Below are positions 1-9,183 of a stretch of DNA of 64,000 nucleotides, piece by piece. The position numbers and the translations under genes are program-made. The notes beneath the pieces are model-generated. The model ran no database searches and had not been told where the DNA came from. It saw only the letters and a list, made by a program, of their open reading frames with translations. Each line of letters opens with the position of its first letter. Position 1 is the first letter of the stretch. The DNA is from a virus. The stretch covers positions 1-64,000 of the IMG/VR virus record IMGVR_UViG_3300028029_000002. One strand, 5' to 3'.

Positions 1-746
1 CCTGGTGGGCAGTTGGAAACAAGTAGCGCATTTGTGTTCTGTGGTGATATTCCTGCATCACCGATTCCTCCGGCTAATACCCAGTCTGTAGTCGTGTCTA
101 AAACTTGGGTGCTGGCGTTCGTTGTTTTAACTGCGCTAACGTGAAGTGGATTTGTCACGATAAACCGTTCTCGAATTGTGACTTGCCAGCTTTCGCTGGC
201 GGTGGTGGATGTGCGTAATATCCACCATACGAAGTCTTTGAATGACTGATTTACATAGTCCTCTTTGTTTGAATAGCTGGCTATGTTGCCTACGTTGCCG
301 GGGGCTTTGCGTTGAGATGCTTCGCTCCACGCTGACGCTGGTGCAATATCTCCGTCTATTTTTACTTGGATGATCTGGTCGTGCCCCCGTTCATAGTAAT
401 GCTCGTATCCCAGCCAAAAAACCTTGTCGCCAGCACCTAGAGTCGCCGTGATGGCTGTTTCGATTTCATATTCTGGAATAGATTGACCTACCATTAAAGA
501 ATGCTCGTCTTTTGAAAGATGATAGAATTCATCATTGCTATCATCTCCACCCTGTTTCTCAGTTGTGTTATTATGAACTATGGCCCCACCTAGCCATATC
601 CAGTCAGTTCCACCGTAGACACCAAATCGCTTGGTGTCAGATGCAAAGGCAGTCATTCCTCTCTCTGATGAAAGAGCTTCGATGTTTGCTTTTGTATCTA
701 CGTAATCCACGAGGGGCAGACCGACGACATGGCCATTATGTATCAT
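1..746 (-). CDS. tail fibre / receptor-binding-like protein, 3' end cut by window edge (absent from ORF track)
   Basis: Minus-strand frame open from ATG 746..744 to base 1. ATGA overlap with the stop of 743..1234. N-terminus MIHNGHVVGLPLVDYV...FGVYGGTDWIWL parallels MIHDDRVYGRPLITYK...IGYYAETEWIWI of 1704..2303. Confidence 0.6.
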   Translation of the reverse strand, partial: MIHNGHVVGLPLVDYVDTKANIEALSSERGMTAFASDTKRFGVYGGTDWIWLGGAIVHNNTTEKQGGDDSNDEFYHLSKDEHSLMVGQSIPEYEIETAITATLGAGDKVFWLGYEHYYERGHDQIIQVKIDGDIAPASAWSEASQRKAPGNVGNIASYSNKEDYVNQSFKDFVWWILRTSTTASESWQVTIRERFIVTNPLHVSAVKTTNASTQVLDTTTDWVLAGGIGDAGISPQNTNALLVSNCPP

Positions 747-1234
747 TGTTTTGCTATGTACTCCACTAAGAAGCCTATGAATCCGACACTAGCATTGATT
801 GTGTCGTTTATGTCGTTCCCTTCTCTGGACACGCAGAGAGTAATAACATCATTAACCTCTACATATCGCAATGGCAAAGTATATAGAACGCTGACTTTAT
901 CTATTGTTACTGGAATTGTTATGTTAATACCTTCTGTTTCTATAGTGTTATCGAAGTCCTCACCTATCTCTCCGTATCTCGCGGCGAGCCATCCTCTGTA
1001 GTCACCCGTTGCGAACGGCACAGCTAACGCCTTTACACTAAGATCGGAATGGAAATTTAACGGACAGATAAAATGACCACAGGCGACGCTGATGACATCG
1101 TTAGGTAGCGTCCAACCTCGCACGCTCATTGCGAGATAATCCTTCGGTGTAATTAAGTCCTCTCCGTGATCGGCTGGTACTAAGAATTTGACGGACTTTA
1201 ATGGTGGATAATATGAGATTGGCATTAGCTCCAC
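743..1234 (-). CDS. hypothetical virion/tail-fibre-associated protein (163 aa)
   Basis: ORF tightly packed between fibre-like genes, with overlapping start/stop codons on both sides. Confidence 0.6.
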   Translation of the reverse strand: MELMPISYYPPLKSVKFLVPADHGEDLITPKDYLAMSVRGWTLPNDVISVACGHFICPLNFHSDLSVKALAVPFATGDYRGWLAARYGEIGEDFDNTIETEGINITIPVTIDKVSVLYTLPLRYVEVNDVITLCVSREGNDINDTINASVGFIGFLVEYIAKQ

Positions 1235-1692
1235 ACCTCCATTTCAATGACAGTACCCGCTACGGCGGATGCGAAATATAATGCACCTGACATGAATACG
1301 CCGTCTTTCCAGTACTCGCTATTTGCTTTTAGGGTCTGATACGGTGCGGTTGGCGCGGCGACCTTTCCAGTTACCCAGGCAAAACGTACATCTTCCGACG
1401 AGCGGCAACGGAACGAAATAGCCTTGCAATTGCTAGGTAACGCTTGGGAGTATTCGGTGTTGGCAAGTGTTAACTCGATATTGTATGTAGTTACCGTCGT
1501 TGCCGGAGCTACATTATCTTCATCCGCGACGCCGACGTGCATTACGCCCACGCGCTGCCCATTTATAAGCTCGCTGGTTACAGCACTGAGTAGAGTGGCC
1601 CATAATCCACCTGCTCCGTCAGACTGTGTGAGAAATAACATTTCGCGTTGGTTTGGGCCACCTTCTTGCGGCGCCGCTGGTATATCAGCCAT
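1225..1692 (-). CDS. hypothetical structural protein (155 aa)
   Basis: RBS AAGGAG upstream of ATG; sits in the tail fibre cluster. Confidence 0.65.
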   Translation of the reverse strand: MADIPAAPQEGGPNQREMLFLTQSDGAGGLWATLLSAVTSELINGQRVGVMHVGVADEDNVAPATTVTTYNIELTLANTEYSQALPSNCKAISFRCRSSEDVRFAWVTGKVAAPTAPYQTLKANSEYWKDGVFMSGALYFASAVAGTVIEMEVWS

Positions 1693-1703
1693 TTACATTC
1701 TCC

Positions 1704-2303
1704 TTATGCAATCCCCATAATCGTCAACAGCGTTGATGTAGTTGACGTGTATTCTGTCAGATTGAGCGTGACACTCAAATTTCTAGCTCCCGTAGCTATT
1801 TGATCTATATTCATCCTAAGCAACGTACCAGGCAACAATATCTGTTCTGCGCTAGTTGCAGAAATTGCAGTGTGATTAGTATCATTATACACTAATTCCG
1901 GTTTGTCGGCAAAATCAAACATGCTTACAAATGCGTTTCCACCATCTGACGACTTCTCGATGTCCACAACGGTCGATCCGCTAGATCCCTTCGATTCAAT
2001 ATACAATATGATGGAATTTACTTTGCAGAGTGCCGGGACTACCCAAATCCCGTCAACCTCATCGTATACAGCTAACGGCCCATCAGCATGCCATCTTGCA
2101 ACAACTCTAGATACACCTCTGCTACCAGATGTTCCTCCCGCAGAGTTGATCCATATCCATTCTGTTTCAGCGTAATATCCGATTTTTTGAATATCAGTAG
2201 CGTATGCAAACATCCCCGTCTCTGAATAAGACGATTCTATTTCAATCCGAGTCGCTTTGTATGTAATTAGCGGTCGGCCATACACCCTGTCATCGTGGAT
2301 CAT
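1704..2303 (-). CDS. tail fibre-like protein (199 aa; start refined from ORF 1704..2366)
   Basis: Start moved to MIHDD (ATG 2303..2301), giving an ATGA overlap with the stop of 2300..2893. The N-terminal block is shared with 1..746. The C-terminal block (GSSGSTVVDIE...YNDT...GARNLSV) is shared with 2906..3877. Confidence 0.6.
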   Translation of the reverse strand: MIHDDRVYGRPLITYKATRIEIESSYSETGMFAYATDIQKIGYYAETEWIWINSAGGTSGSRGVSRVVARWHADGPLAVYDEVDGIWVVPALCKVNSIILYIESKGSSGSTVVDIEKSSDGGNAFVSMFDFADKPELVYNDTNHTAISATSAEQILLPGTLLRMNIDQIATGARNLSVTLNLTEYTSTTSTLLTIMGIA

Positions 2304-2893
2304 GTCGCGGACTTCTCGTATATTGCCACGATTACACCACCGCTCCCGCTGACAGCTTTCGCCCATACTGCCTTATAAGTCAAGGACGGCCCAGCAAATT
2401 CATAGCTATCACCTGGGCCAATTGCTATCCCCGAATTATCAACGGGAGCACTGCCGGTATGCAGAAAAATCCAATCCGCCGTATCCATATTCGTGATTCT
2501 CAAAACACTTCTAGTCGCATTTGCCGATACTAAACTTGCGGCGGTCTCGGAAACTGTAGCCGTAGAAGCTATATCCCCGCCTTCGGACACATGTGGAGCT
2601 ACTACCAAACGCCCACGTGAGTCAACAGCGATCTGGACGGCATCACCCTCGTCAACTGATGATGGAGCAGATGTATATTTGCCGCCGATTATTACCGGGT
2701 AACTAATACTGGCATTTCCACTTTGAGCAGGGCCGCCAACTGCCATAGCAGCAAGGGCTTCCCCATCCTCTGTAACAAGATTACTCCCGGCCATGAAGAT
2801 AGCAGCGTCAACGCTCCCAGCATTTACATAACCCAAAAATAATAATGGAAGTCCTGGTGAATCACCACTCTTTGGAGTTGACGGTAATGTCAT
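2300..2893 (-). CDS. hypothetical structural protein (197 aa)
   Basis: RBS TAAGGAGG upstream; Gly/Ala/Ser-rich and beta-rich sequence. Confidence 0.65.
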   Translation of the reverse strand: MTLPSTPKSGDSPGLPLLFLGYVNAGSVDAAIFMAGSNLVTEDGEALAAMAVGGPAQSGNASISYPVIIGGKYTSAPSSVDEGDAVQIAVDSRGRLVVAPHVSEGGDIASTATVSETAASLVSANATRSVLRITNMDTADWIFLHTGSAPVDNSGIAIGPGDSYEFAGPSLTYKAVWAKAVSGSGGVIVAIYEKSAT

Positions 2894-2905
2894 TGCAAAG
2901 CCTCC

Positions 2906-3877
2906 TTAGCTTTCATATCCAACACCGGTTAGTGTAAGTAAGTTTACCGGCATCGTTCTATAGTCATATATTACCACATTCAAACCTCTGGCTCCATCAG
3001 CGACATCTACGATGTCTAAACGTAGCCACATGCCCTCTCGAAATCCTCCGAGACCGACGACCCCATCAGCGACTAACGTGGTATCATTATACGCCAGCGT
3101 TGGCCGTGTAGATAACAACGTCTCCCACGAGCCAGATAAATCATTAGTGCCTTTTATGTCAATCTCAGTTGAACCTGAATTTCCAAGTACATCGCAAGTG
3201 AGTTTAACACCAGCGGGCCTCGTGGTCACCGGTAGATATTTATATCCACCAACACCATCTAGTGCAACCAGTGCCCCGGTGACGTTCCACTCTATTGGTG
3301 GATAGGGTAACTGTAGTTCCTCTTTTGGAATCTTTCTTCCATGTATCCACTGACTCCATGCGCTCTTGATGAAAGAGTTACTTACCGCTCGGACACGGGC
3401 ATACACGGCAGTATATTGCTCCGTTATAAAAGTACATCCCATAGTAACGGCGGCTGTGTGAGCGTCGTTATGATCGTCGACTTCTGATACTTGTACTTCA
3501 TACCCACCGATAAAATCAGGCCACCCCGACCACCGGAAAATAATAATATTTTCCATTTCAATGACTCGAAATCCAGAAGGCATTCTTGTGATGCCTATGC
3601 TATCATTACCATCGCTACTACTCGGAGAGCCGCCGACGCGACGGATTTGTGCAACCCCAGTTGTTATCCAAACTGGTGACCCAATAGGACGCACGCACAC
3701 GATTCTGTCACCTTCGCTTACAGCAAACGGAACGTTTATTTTGACCGTAGTCCCGTCTGTTAGTATAACACGAGCATTATTGCCCGGCGTCATTGAAAGA
3801 ATTGTACCAAGAACAGAGTCGCGGGGTCTAACCTTGTCCATATATTTGTTTAACGCTTGGGTCAACTCATTGCTCAT
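2906..3877 (-). CDS. tail fibre / baseplate-like protein (323 aa)
   Basis: Located in the tail tip cluster. C-terminal domain is paralogous to 1704..2303 (GNSGSTEIDIK...YNDT...GARGLNV). Confidence 0.6.
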   Translation of the reverse strand: MSNELTQALNKYMDKVRPRDSVLGTILSMTPGNNARVILTDGTTVKINVPFAVSEGDRIVCVRPIGSPVWITTGVAQIRRVGGSPSSSDGNDSIGITRMPSGFRVIEMENIIIFRWSGWPDFIGGYEVQVSEVDDHNDAHTAAVTMGCTFITEQYTAVYARVRAVSNSFIKSAWSQWIHGRKIPKEELQLPYPPIEWNVTGALVALDGVGGYKYLPVTTRPAGVKLTCDVLGNSGSTEIDIKGTNDLSGSWETLLSTRPTLAYNDTTLVADGVVGLGGFREGMWLRLDIVDVADGARGLNVVIYDYRTMPVNLLTLTGVGYES

Positions 3878-4991
3878 AATGCCTCGCTGCTATACGAGCT
3901 TTGTAGCTTCCATTTGTTTCAAGTGTAAAATCCCCGGAATTGTGAATCCATTTTTCGCCATTGGCCAAGAAAACATCTCCGGGTTCCATTAAGGGAAAAG
4001 CATATCCCTGAACCTCCAATGTGCGAAAAGTCTCTCTGGATTTGCGTTGAACCCTTTCGGCTTCAATTAATGCACCTTCGTATGTAAGGATGTTTGGATT
4101 CTGGGCTATATTAAATTGTGAACCAACTTTATCAACGGAATCGACATGTAAATATTCAGCTTCGGGTAATGCGCTTACCGCCCGTACAATCCCAGACAAT
4201 GCTCTGTAATTATTGGTTTGGCGTACTCCCCTGGCTTGGTTAATATAATTAATTAAATTGTATTCTGCATCTCTGGGAACCGGGGAATAGTATCTAGCCG
4301 TGCCGTCATACCTAGCAAATAAATGTAATGGTAATCCAAGTACAAGCCGCCCCAATCCGGATGTTACAGATTCTCCTGGATCAACACTTGCATTTTTGGC
4401 GAACCCACCCAGGTCATTTATTTCTATAAGAACTGTACCCGCGTTATCCATGATTAAATACACACTTTCTGAACTAACGTCATAATCCACTTTGATTGCA
4501 TTCGCGGCCACAAGACTATCGCCCACATACACGGCGACGATTTTGTATTCGACGTTCAATTTATAATTTACTATTTCATGAAATAGAATGCGTGCGTATA
4601 CATCTTCGGAGCCGCGAGGCCAGCGTGAACGAGTAGACCCAGTTGAGTCAAAGAATTCTATATGTGCATCCGTAAAGCGTACACCCACTCCGCTTGCAAT
4701 TGCGTCGGGTGGGCCAGAGCCAACCATGTATGACGCGCCATCAATTATCGAACCGCCGATAATAATGTTACCTCCGGCTTTGCAAAGTTTAATTGTCCCG
4801 TAATCGGTCGCTGTAATATGATGGCCTGAGCGCGAAAACACACCACTGGTTTCCCCGTCTGCTATTGTCCAAGGCCTTGCATCATATAAACATTTATGTA
4901 TTCCAGCGATAGATAACAGCGCAGCTATGCCTTCGGCTATACTTAAAGAGAATTGCGTGTCATAACATTGGAATTTATCGAAGTGAATCAT
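3867..4991 (-). CDS. hypothetical tail/baseplate protein (374 aa)
   Basis: Long ORF whose ends overlap both neighbours; follows the 1257-aa tail gene. Confidence 0.65.
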   Translation of the reverse strand: MIHFDKFQCYDTQFSLSIAEGIAALLSIAGIHKCLYDARPWTIADGETSGVFSRSGHHITATDYGTIKLCKAGGNIIIGGSIIDGASYMVGSGPPDAIASGVGVRFTDAHIEFFDSTGSTRSRWPRGSEDVYARILFHEIVNYKLNVEYKIVAVYVGDSLVAANAIKVDYDVSSESVYLIMDNAGTVLIEINDLGGFAKNASVDPGESVTSGLGRLVLGLPLHLFARYDGTARYYSPVPRDAEYNLINYINQARGVRQTNNYRALSGIVRAVSALPEAEYLHVDSVDKVGSQFNIAQNPNILTYEGALIEAERVQRKSRETFRTLEVQGYAFPLMEPGDVFLANGEKWIHNSGDFTLETNGSYKARIAARHYEQ

Positions 4992-7900
4992 ATTTCCACT
5001 TCCGTGTCATTCGAGTCTATTGCGGTAATTCCGTTCCATGTTTCTCCCTTAAAACTATTATCGGGCATATCAAGGTTACCTGTCTTGTTGATAAATATTC
5101 CGTTATCCCAATCGTATAATAATACTCCATTTTGTCCATACAATGTAACATATGGGCGGCTATTTATATACATTATATCAATTCCGGGATAGGGGTCTCC
5201 TATTACATCAGTGGGAATAATAGCGGTATCATGAGTTGCAAATCCATCGTCAGACAAATAAAGATATGCTCTATTCTTACTAATCGCCGCAAACAAACCG
5301 TTTCGCTGTGCGATATTATGTCCTGCCGACGTTATTGTAATTGGTATATCAAGCGGCTCATAATTGCCGGCCCATTTACACGGCCCCTCTAGCTCATCAA
5401 ATGAAATATAATTATACCCATTTCCACCTGGGGTGGGATCACTCATAATCCATCCCGTGTTTCTAAGTCTAGCCAAGGGGGCGACGGCCCAGTTCGGGCA
5501 TACTGCAATGGCAACATCATTGCTCGGTAAAGTACAACAAGCATAATTTGCGACTTGACAATTTCCACATTCTAAATCTTCAAGGTTACCTGAATATCCA
5601 ACTGGTATAGTATTGTGTAGTACCCGCATGGGGACGGTGTCTCCATAAGGAGGATGATAAACTGCGTTGCCTGCTTGGGAACCACTTTTCGCATCAACAG
5701 AACTGAGCAATACCCAGTATCCATGAATCTCCCATTTTGGATGCATGCCCAGTGCCGAGTAATACACCTGTATTCTTGCCCTTGCCCCATGTTCATATTC
5801 ATCCATGTGCTTCCCCGCGCATCTAAGCAAAAATTCCTTTTCGAGCCATACTGTTTTGCTCATGTTCGGCGTTGTGAAAACATATTTATCCTCAAATGTT
5901 TTCGAGCACTCCCAAGATATATCGCCGGAATTATATATTGCTACCATAGGTTCACAACTTCCGGGATGTACTTTATTAGAGGTTGCTGTTATTTTGATCG
6001 ATACACTTTTCCCACCCCCCGTATCGGGAGAGGCTTCTGCCCACCCATAAAGTTTGATATAAGCATAGTATGCCTTTTCATCATTTTCACGTGCCGCGAA
6101 ATCTAGAGTTATAGCGCCCCCGTTATAGCAATGGTTTCCTGGACGCGGCGGAGGGCATTTTTCTGTTTTTTGATACGCGTCCGGAAAATATGTTCTATCT
6201 CCCGGCTCCCCAGAAGATGAAAAGTTAAACGCCCCGCCAGCGGGATCGTTTAATATTGAATGGCCTGCAAAAATTTCGTTTTCGTTATCGTACCAACTAA
6301 GATACCGCGATGCCGGAATACGTTGGAATCCAGCATAGGTAGATTTTGACTTAACGGATTGACCTTTGTAAGCAAATGTAGCATCAACATCTCCACCAAG
6401 ATAGCGAGTACCTTCTGGATCAAACATCAACATTACTCCAGAAGCGTTGGGACTCTGCAATACACGACCGCCAGTCCTGCAATCATCCGGAGAATAGTCT
6501 GAACATATTGGTTCCCAATGATAGTGGTGATAATCTGAATATGCGGCAAATGGATCATATTTAACTGCTGTTCCAGAATATCCACTTAGATACAACCAGT
6601 AATGGCTTGTTCTTGTTCCAAATTGCAAACTAAAGGGGGCATCATATATAGGGATATAACGCATTAGCCATTCTTCTTCTTCTCCTGGTAACTGATGCCA
6701 ATATCCCTGAACGGGAGAAATGTCAATCCACGTCGGGTTCAATGCACCTATATTACGTGTAATATAAATTTTTGTGGTATATGATTTGTTTTCCGTGTGT
6801 ATCACGAATGCCACGATTCCACCGTTCTGTTCTTCTTCAACGGGTGGCTCCCACGGAGGTGGCGGCCACTCCGGGTCCCCTGGCGGGTCGCCCGGATCAT
6901 CAGGCGGCTCCCACGGAGCTTTGGGTTCTGGAATCTTTCCAACGACACCAAAGTGGCCGGGAAACGCGCCTTTCTCGGAGATGGCTTCTAATAGTAACGA
7001 ATAATTTACTCCGTCTGTCGAATAGTACATTCTGTGCAAGGCGTAACGAACTTGGTAACGAAGCCATGCTTCATTTGCCAGACTCGCGCTCACGGAAGCG
7101 AGAACAAATGACTCTAACTCTTGTGATGTATTACGAGTTCCGGGATAATGCGTAATAGCGGCTGTTCCGCTGTCTGGATTCCAGGTAGCTTGGGTGAGAA
7201 TATACGCGGCTACCCCACGGGCCAAGAGGCCAACCATTTCCTCTGAGGCCGAGTCATACTTGTACCAGGCTTGGCAAAATCCATTCAATGCGTCCGGAAC
7301 GAATGTTGAAAATGCAACGACACGCCCCCCTGTAAATTCAGTTGGCTCCAACACGCGTTTCTCTTCGAGTAGTGGTGTATTCCACGATCCCTCGACAGCC
7401 ACGGTATGTGTCATACCTCCGTAGTTTGTATCAGCCTTAGTGTTGTCTCTGTAGTCATCATGTCCACCCGTGAGGGCGGGTATCTCTACGAAATACCCGC
7501 TCTTTCTATCTAACCATGCAAGCACATCGGTTGCATTGATCGTCACGACGTTCCCGCCGCTGGGGGAATTCTCATACGAGATGGTATTACTCTCGCCAAG
7601 AAATACGGCGGTGCGGATCGACTCGTCTGCATAGTGATAACCAATCTCGAATATTAACATGACCGGTTGTTGATCTGCCAAGAAGTCCATCAGTTCCGTG
7701 CTACCGAATAACTTCAATCCGCTCAGCCCCGCTTTAACACGCAGGTTCAGACTCCCTCCGAGTATTAAATCAGTGACATCCATCTGCACGTTTGGGTTGT
7801 GAACGCTGACTCGATAGTTTGCATGCGAACTATACATGACTCCATCGTTACAACAGTACATCCTATCATCCGTCACCGCAAAGAAACTGCGCTGGCCGTC

Positions 7901-8761
7901 TGTTGGCGGGAACCGTAACGGTGTAGGGATCTCCCATGCTCTTCCGTATGTGCTCATGGTAATGGCGAGCATATTATTTCCATAGGCGTCACTTTCATAG
8001 ATGATGCCAACAGATTGTGGGGTAACAAACATGTTCGCGTTTCTCACTATGTGGTTTATATCCGTTTCTCCCGTAGCAACGGTGTAGTGATCCGAGTAAC
8101 GTTCGTTGATGTATATTAACGTGGCGACCATTGTTGTTTTCTTGATAGTCCAGGCCGCATTAATTCCTTGCGCCTCGGCGGCCTGATACGGGATACCTTC
8201 GCCGGAGATAAGCACAACGTCATGATCCTCACGTGCCTTTGCATCAAACGTATTTATCGCGTAAGGCCAATACACCTCAGACATTATGATGTCTGTACCA
8301 TTCCAACACCCCAAACGAGAAACGGAGTCAGAATGTCTAAAGACAAAATGCACTTTGTCCTTAGCCGCGACCCCGATTTTAACAATCGTGGAGGATGGTG
8401 TCGTTTTAAGTGTTGTTGCACCAGTTGTCAGGTCAATTGCATATAACCCGTTGTTGTGTGTGAAGTATCCTAGTTTTTCTCCATCCGCAACACCCAGATT
8501 GCCGGGAGGCGCACCAATGTCGTATGAGCCAGAGGTAACAGTTGTCCCATCCCATCGCCAATAGTCAATCGAATTCTCATTTATTGCTAAGACGATCACT
8601 GTATTAGAATCGTATAAACCTATCGCGCTCACATTATCCGGGACGGCTGTGGCTGATGCGTTCCAAGAAAAACCAAACTTTTCGAGGATCAACTTCGACT
8701 GCGTGTCCCCAGGGCCGGACAATAATTTATCTATTTGAGCCTGTGTTAAATCTGTAATCAA
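4988..8761 (-). CDS. large tail tip / tail-associated protein (1257 aa) with internal Pro-rich linker
   Basis: Second-largest ORF, two genes downstream of the tape measure. Linker PEPKAPWEPPDDPGDPPGDPEWPPPPWEPP is encoded at about 6840-6935. Confidence 0.65.
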   Translation of the reverse strand: MITDLTQAQIDKLLSGPGDTQSKLILEKFGFSWNASATAVPDNVSAIGLYDSNTVIVLAINENSIDYWRWDGTTVTSGSYDIGAPPGNLGVADGEKLGYFTHNNGLYAIDLTTGATTLKTTPSSTIVKIGVAAKDKVHFVFRHSDSVSRLGCWNGTDIIMSEVYWPYAINTFDAKAREDHDVVLISGEGIPYQAAEAQGINAAWTIKKTTMVATLIYINERYSDHYTVATGETDINHIVRNANMFVTPQSVGIIYESDAYGNNMLAITMSTYGRAWEIPTPLRFPPTDGQRSFFAVTDDRMYCCNDGVMYSSHANYRVSVHNPNVQMDVTDLILGGSLNLRVKAGLSGLKLFGSTELMDFLADQQPVMLIFEIGYHYADESIRTAVFLGESNTISYENSPSGGNVVTINATDVLAWLDRKSGYFVEIPALTGGHDDYRDNTKADTNYGGMTHTVAVEGSWNTPLLEEKRVLEPTEFTGGRVVAFSTFVPDALNGFCQAWYKYDSASEEMVGLLARGVAAYILTQATWNPDSGTAAITHYPGTRNTSQELESFVLASVSASLANEAWLRYQVRYALHRMYYSTDGVNYSLLLEAISEKGAFPGHFGVVGKIPEPKAPWEPPDDPGDPPGDPEWPPPPWEPPVEEEQNGGIVAFVIHTENKSYTTKIYITRNIGALNPTWIDISPVQGYWHQLPGEEEEWLMRYIPIYDAPFSLQFGTRTSHYWLYLSGYSGTAVKYDPFAAYSDYHHYHWEPICSDYSPDDCRTGGRVLQSPNASGVMLMFDPEGTRYLGGDVDATFAYKGQSVKSKSTYAGFQRIPASRYLSWYDNENEIFAGHSILNDPAGGAFNFSSSGEPGDRTYFPDAYQKTEKCPPPRPGNHCYNGGAITLDFAARENDEKAYYAYIKLYGWAEASPDTGGGKSVSIKITATSNKVHPGSCEPMVAIYNSGDISWECSKTFEDKYVFTTPNMSKTVWLEKEFLLRCAGKHMDEYEHGARARIQVYYSALGMHPKWEIHGYWVLLSSVDAKSGSQAGNAVYHPPYGDTVPMRVLHNTIPVGYSGNLEDLECGNCQVANYACCTLPSNDVAIAVCPNWAVAPLARLRNTGWIMSDPTPGGNGYNYISFDELEGPCKWAGNYEPLDIPITITSAGHNIAQRNGLFAAISKNRAYLYLSDDGFATHDTAIIPTDVIGDPYPGIDIMYINSRPYVTLYGQNGVLLYDWDNGIFINKTGNLDMPDNSFKGETWNGITAIDSNDTEVEI
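7815..7832. repeat. palindrome copy 1 (TAGTTTGCATGCGAACTA), intragenic
   Basis: Read directly. Lies inside the 1257-aa ORF, where it encodes SSHANY. Confidence 0.85.
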
Positions 8762-9183
8762 GCAGGAGCCTCCAAGTCAACTAACTCTATAGCCACATCG
8801 AATTTATTTAACAATGGATCAAGGTTGTTTATATCAGATATACTTTTAAGCGCAACGCTCTTGATATACCCGGAATGATCCACTCCGTCGTCGACATGTA
8901 CATTGTCTATGAATTCTAACACTTTTCCAAGCAATGTACATAAGTAGTCGTATTCCGCTCGTGTAACCCGTAGCATGAATCGCCAGTCATGATGCACAAC
9001 CGGTAATCCATTCGAGTTTACAACACGGGCCACGTATGTATACCCGGTGTGAGAACGGCTCACGCCTATTTGGGCAGTTGGTATGTCACTGCGTTTAGTA
9101 GCTTTCCACCTTGCCGCTGGTGCATTGTCAATATCGCGTGGAACCAGTGGATCATCTAAGTGTATATGGCACTTAACAGTCAT
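8758..9183 (-). CDS. distal-tail-like small protein (141 aa)
   Basis: Immediately downstream of the tape measure, with overlapping stop/start codons. Confidence 0.5.
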   Translation of the reverse strand: MTVKCHIHLDDPLVPRDIDNAPAARWKATKRSDIPTAQIGVSRSHTGYTYVARVVNSNGLPVVHHDWRFMLRVTRAEYDYLCTLLGKVLEFIDNVHVDDGVDHSGYIKSVALKSISDINNLDPLLNKFDVAIELVDLEAPA

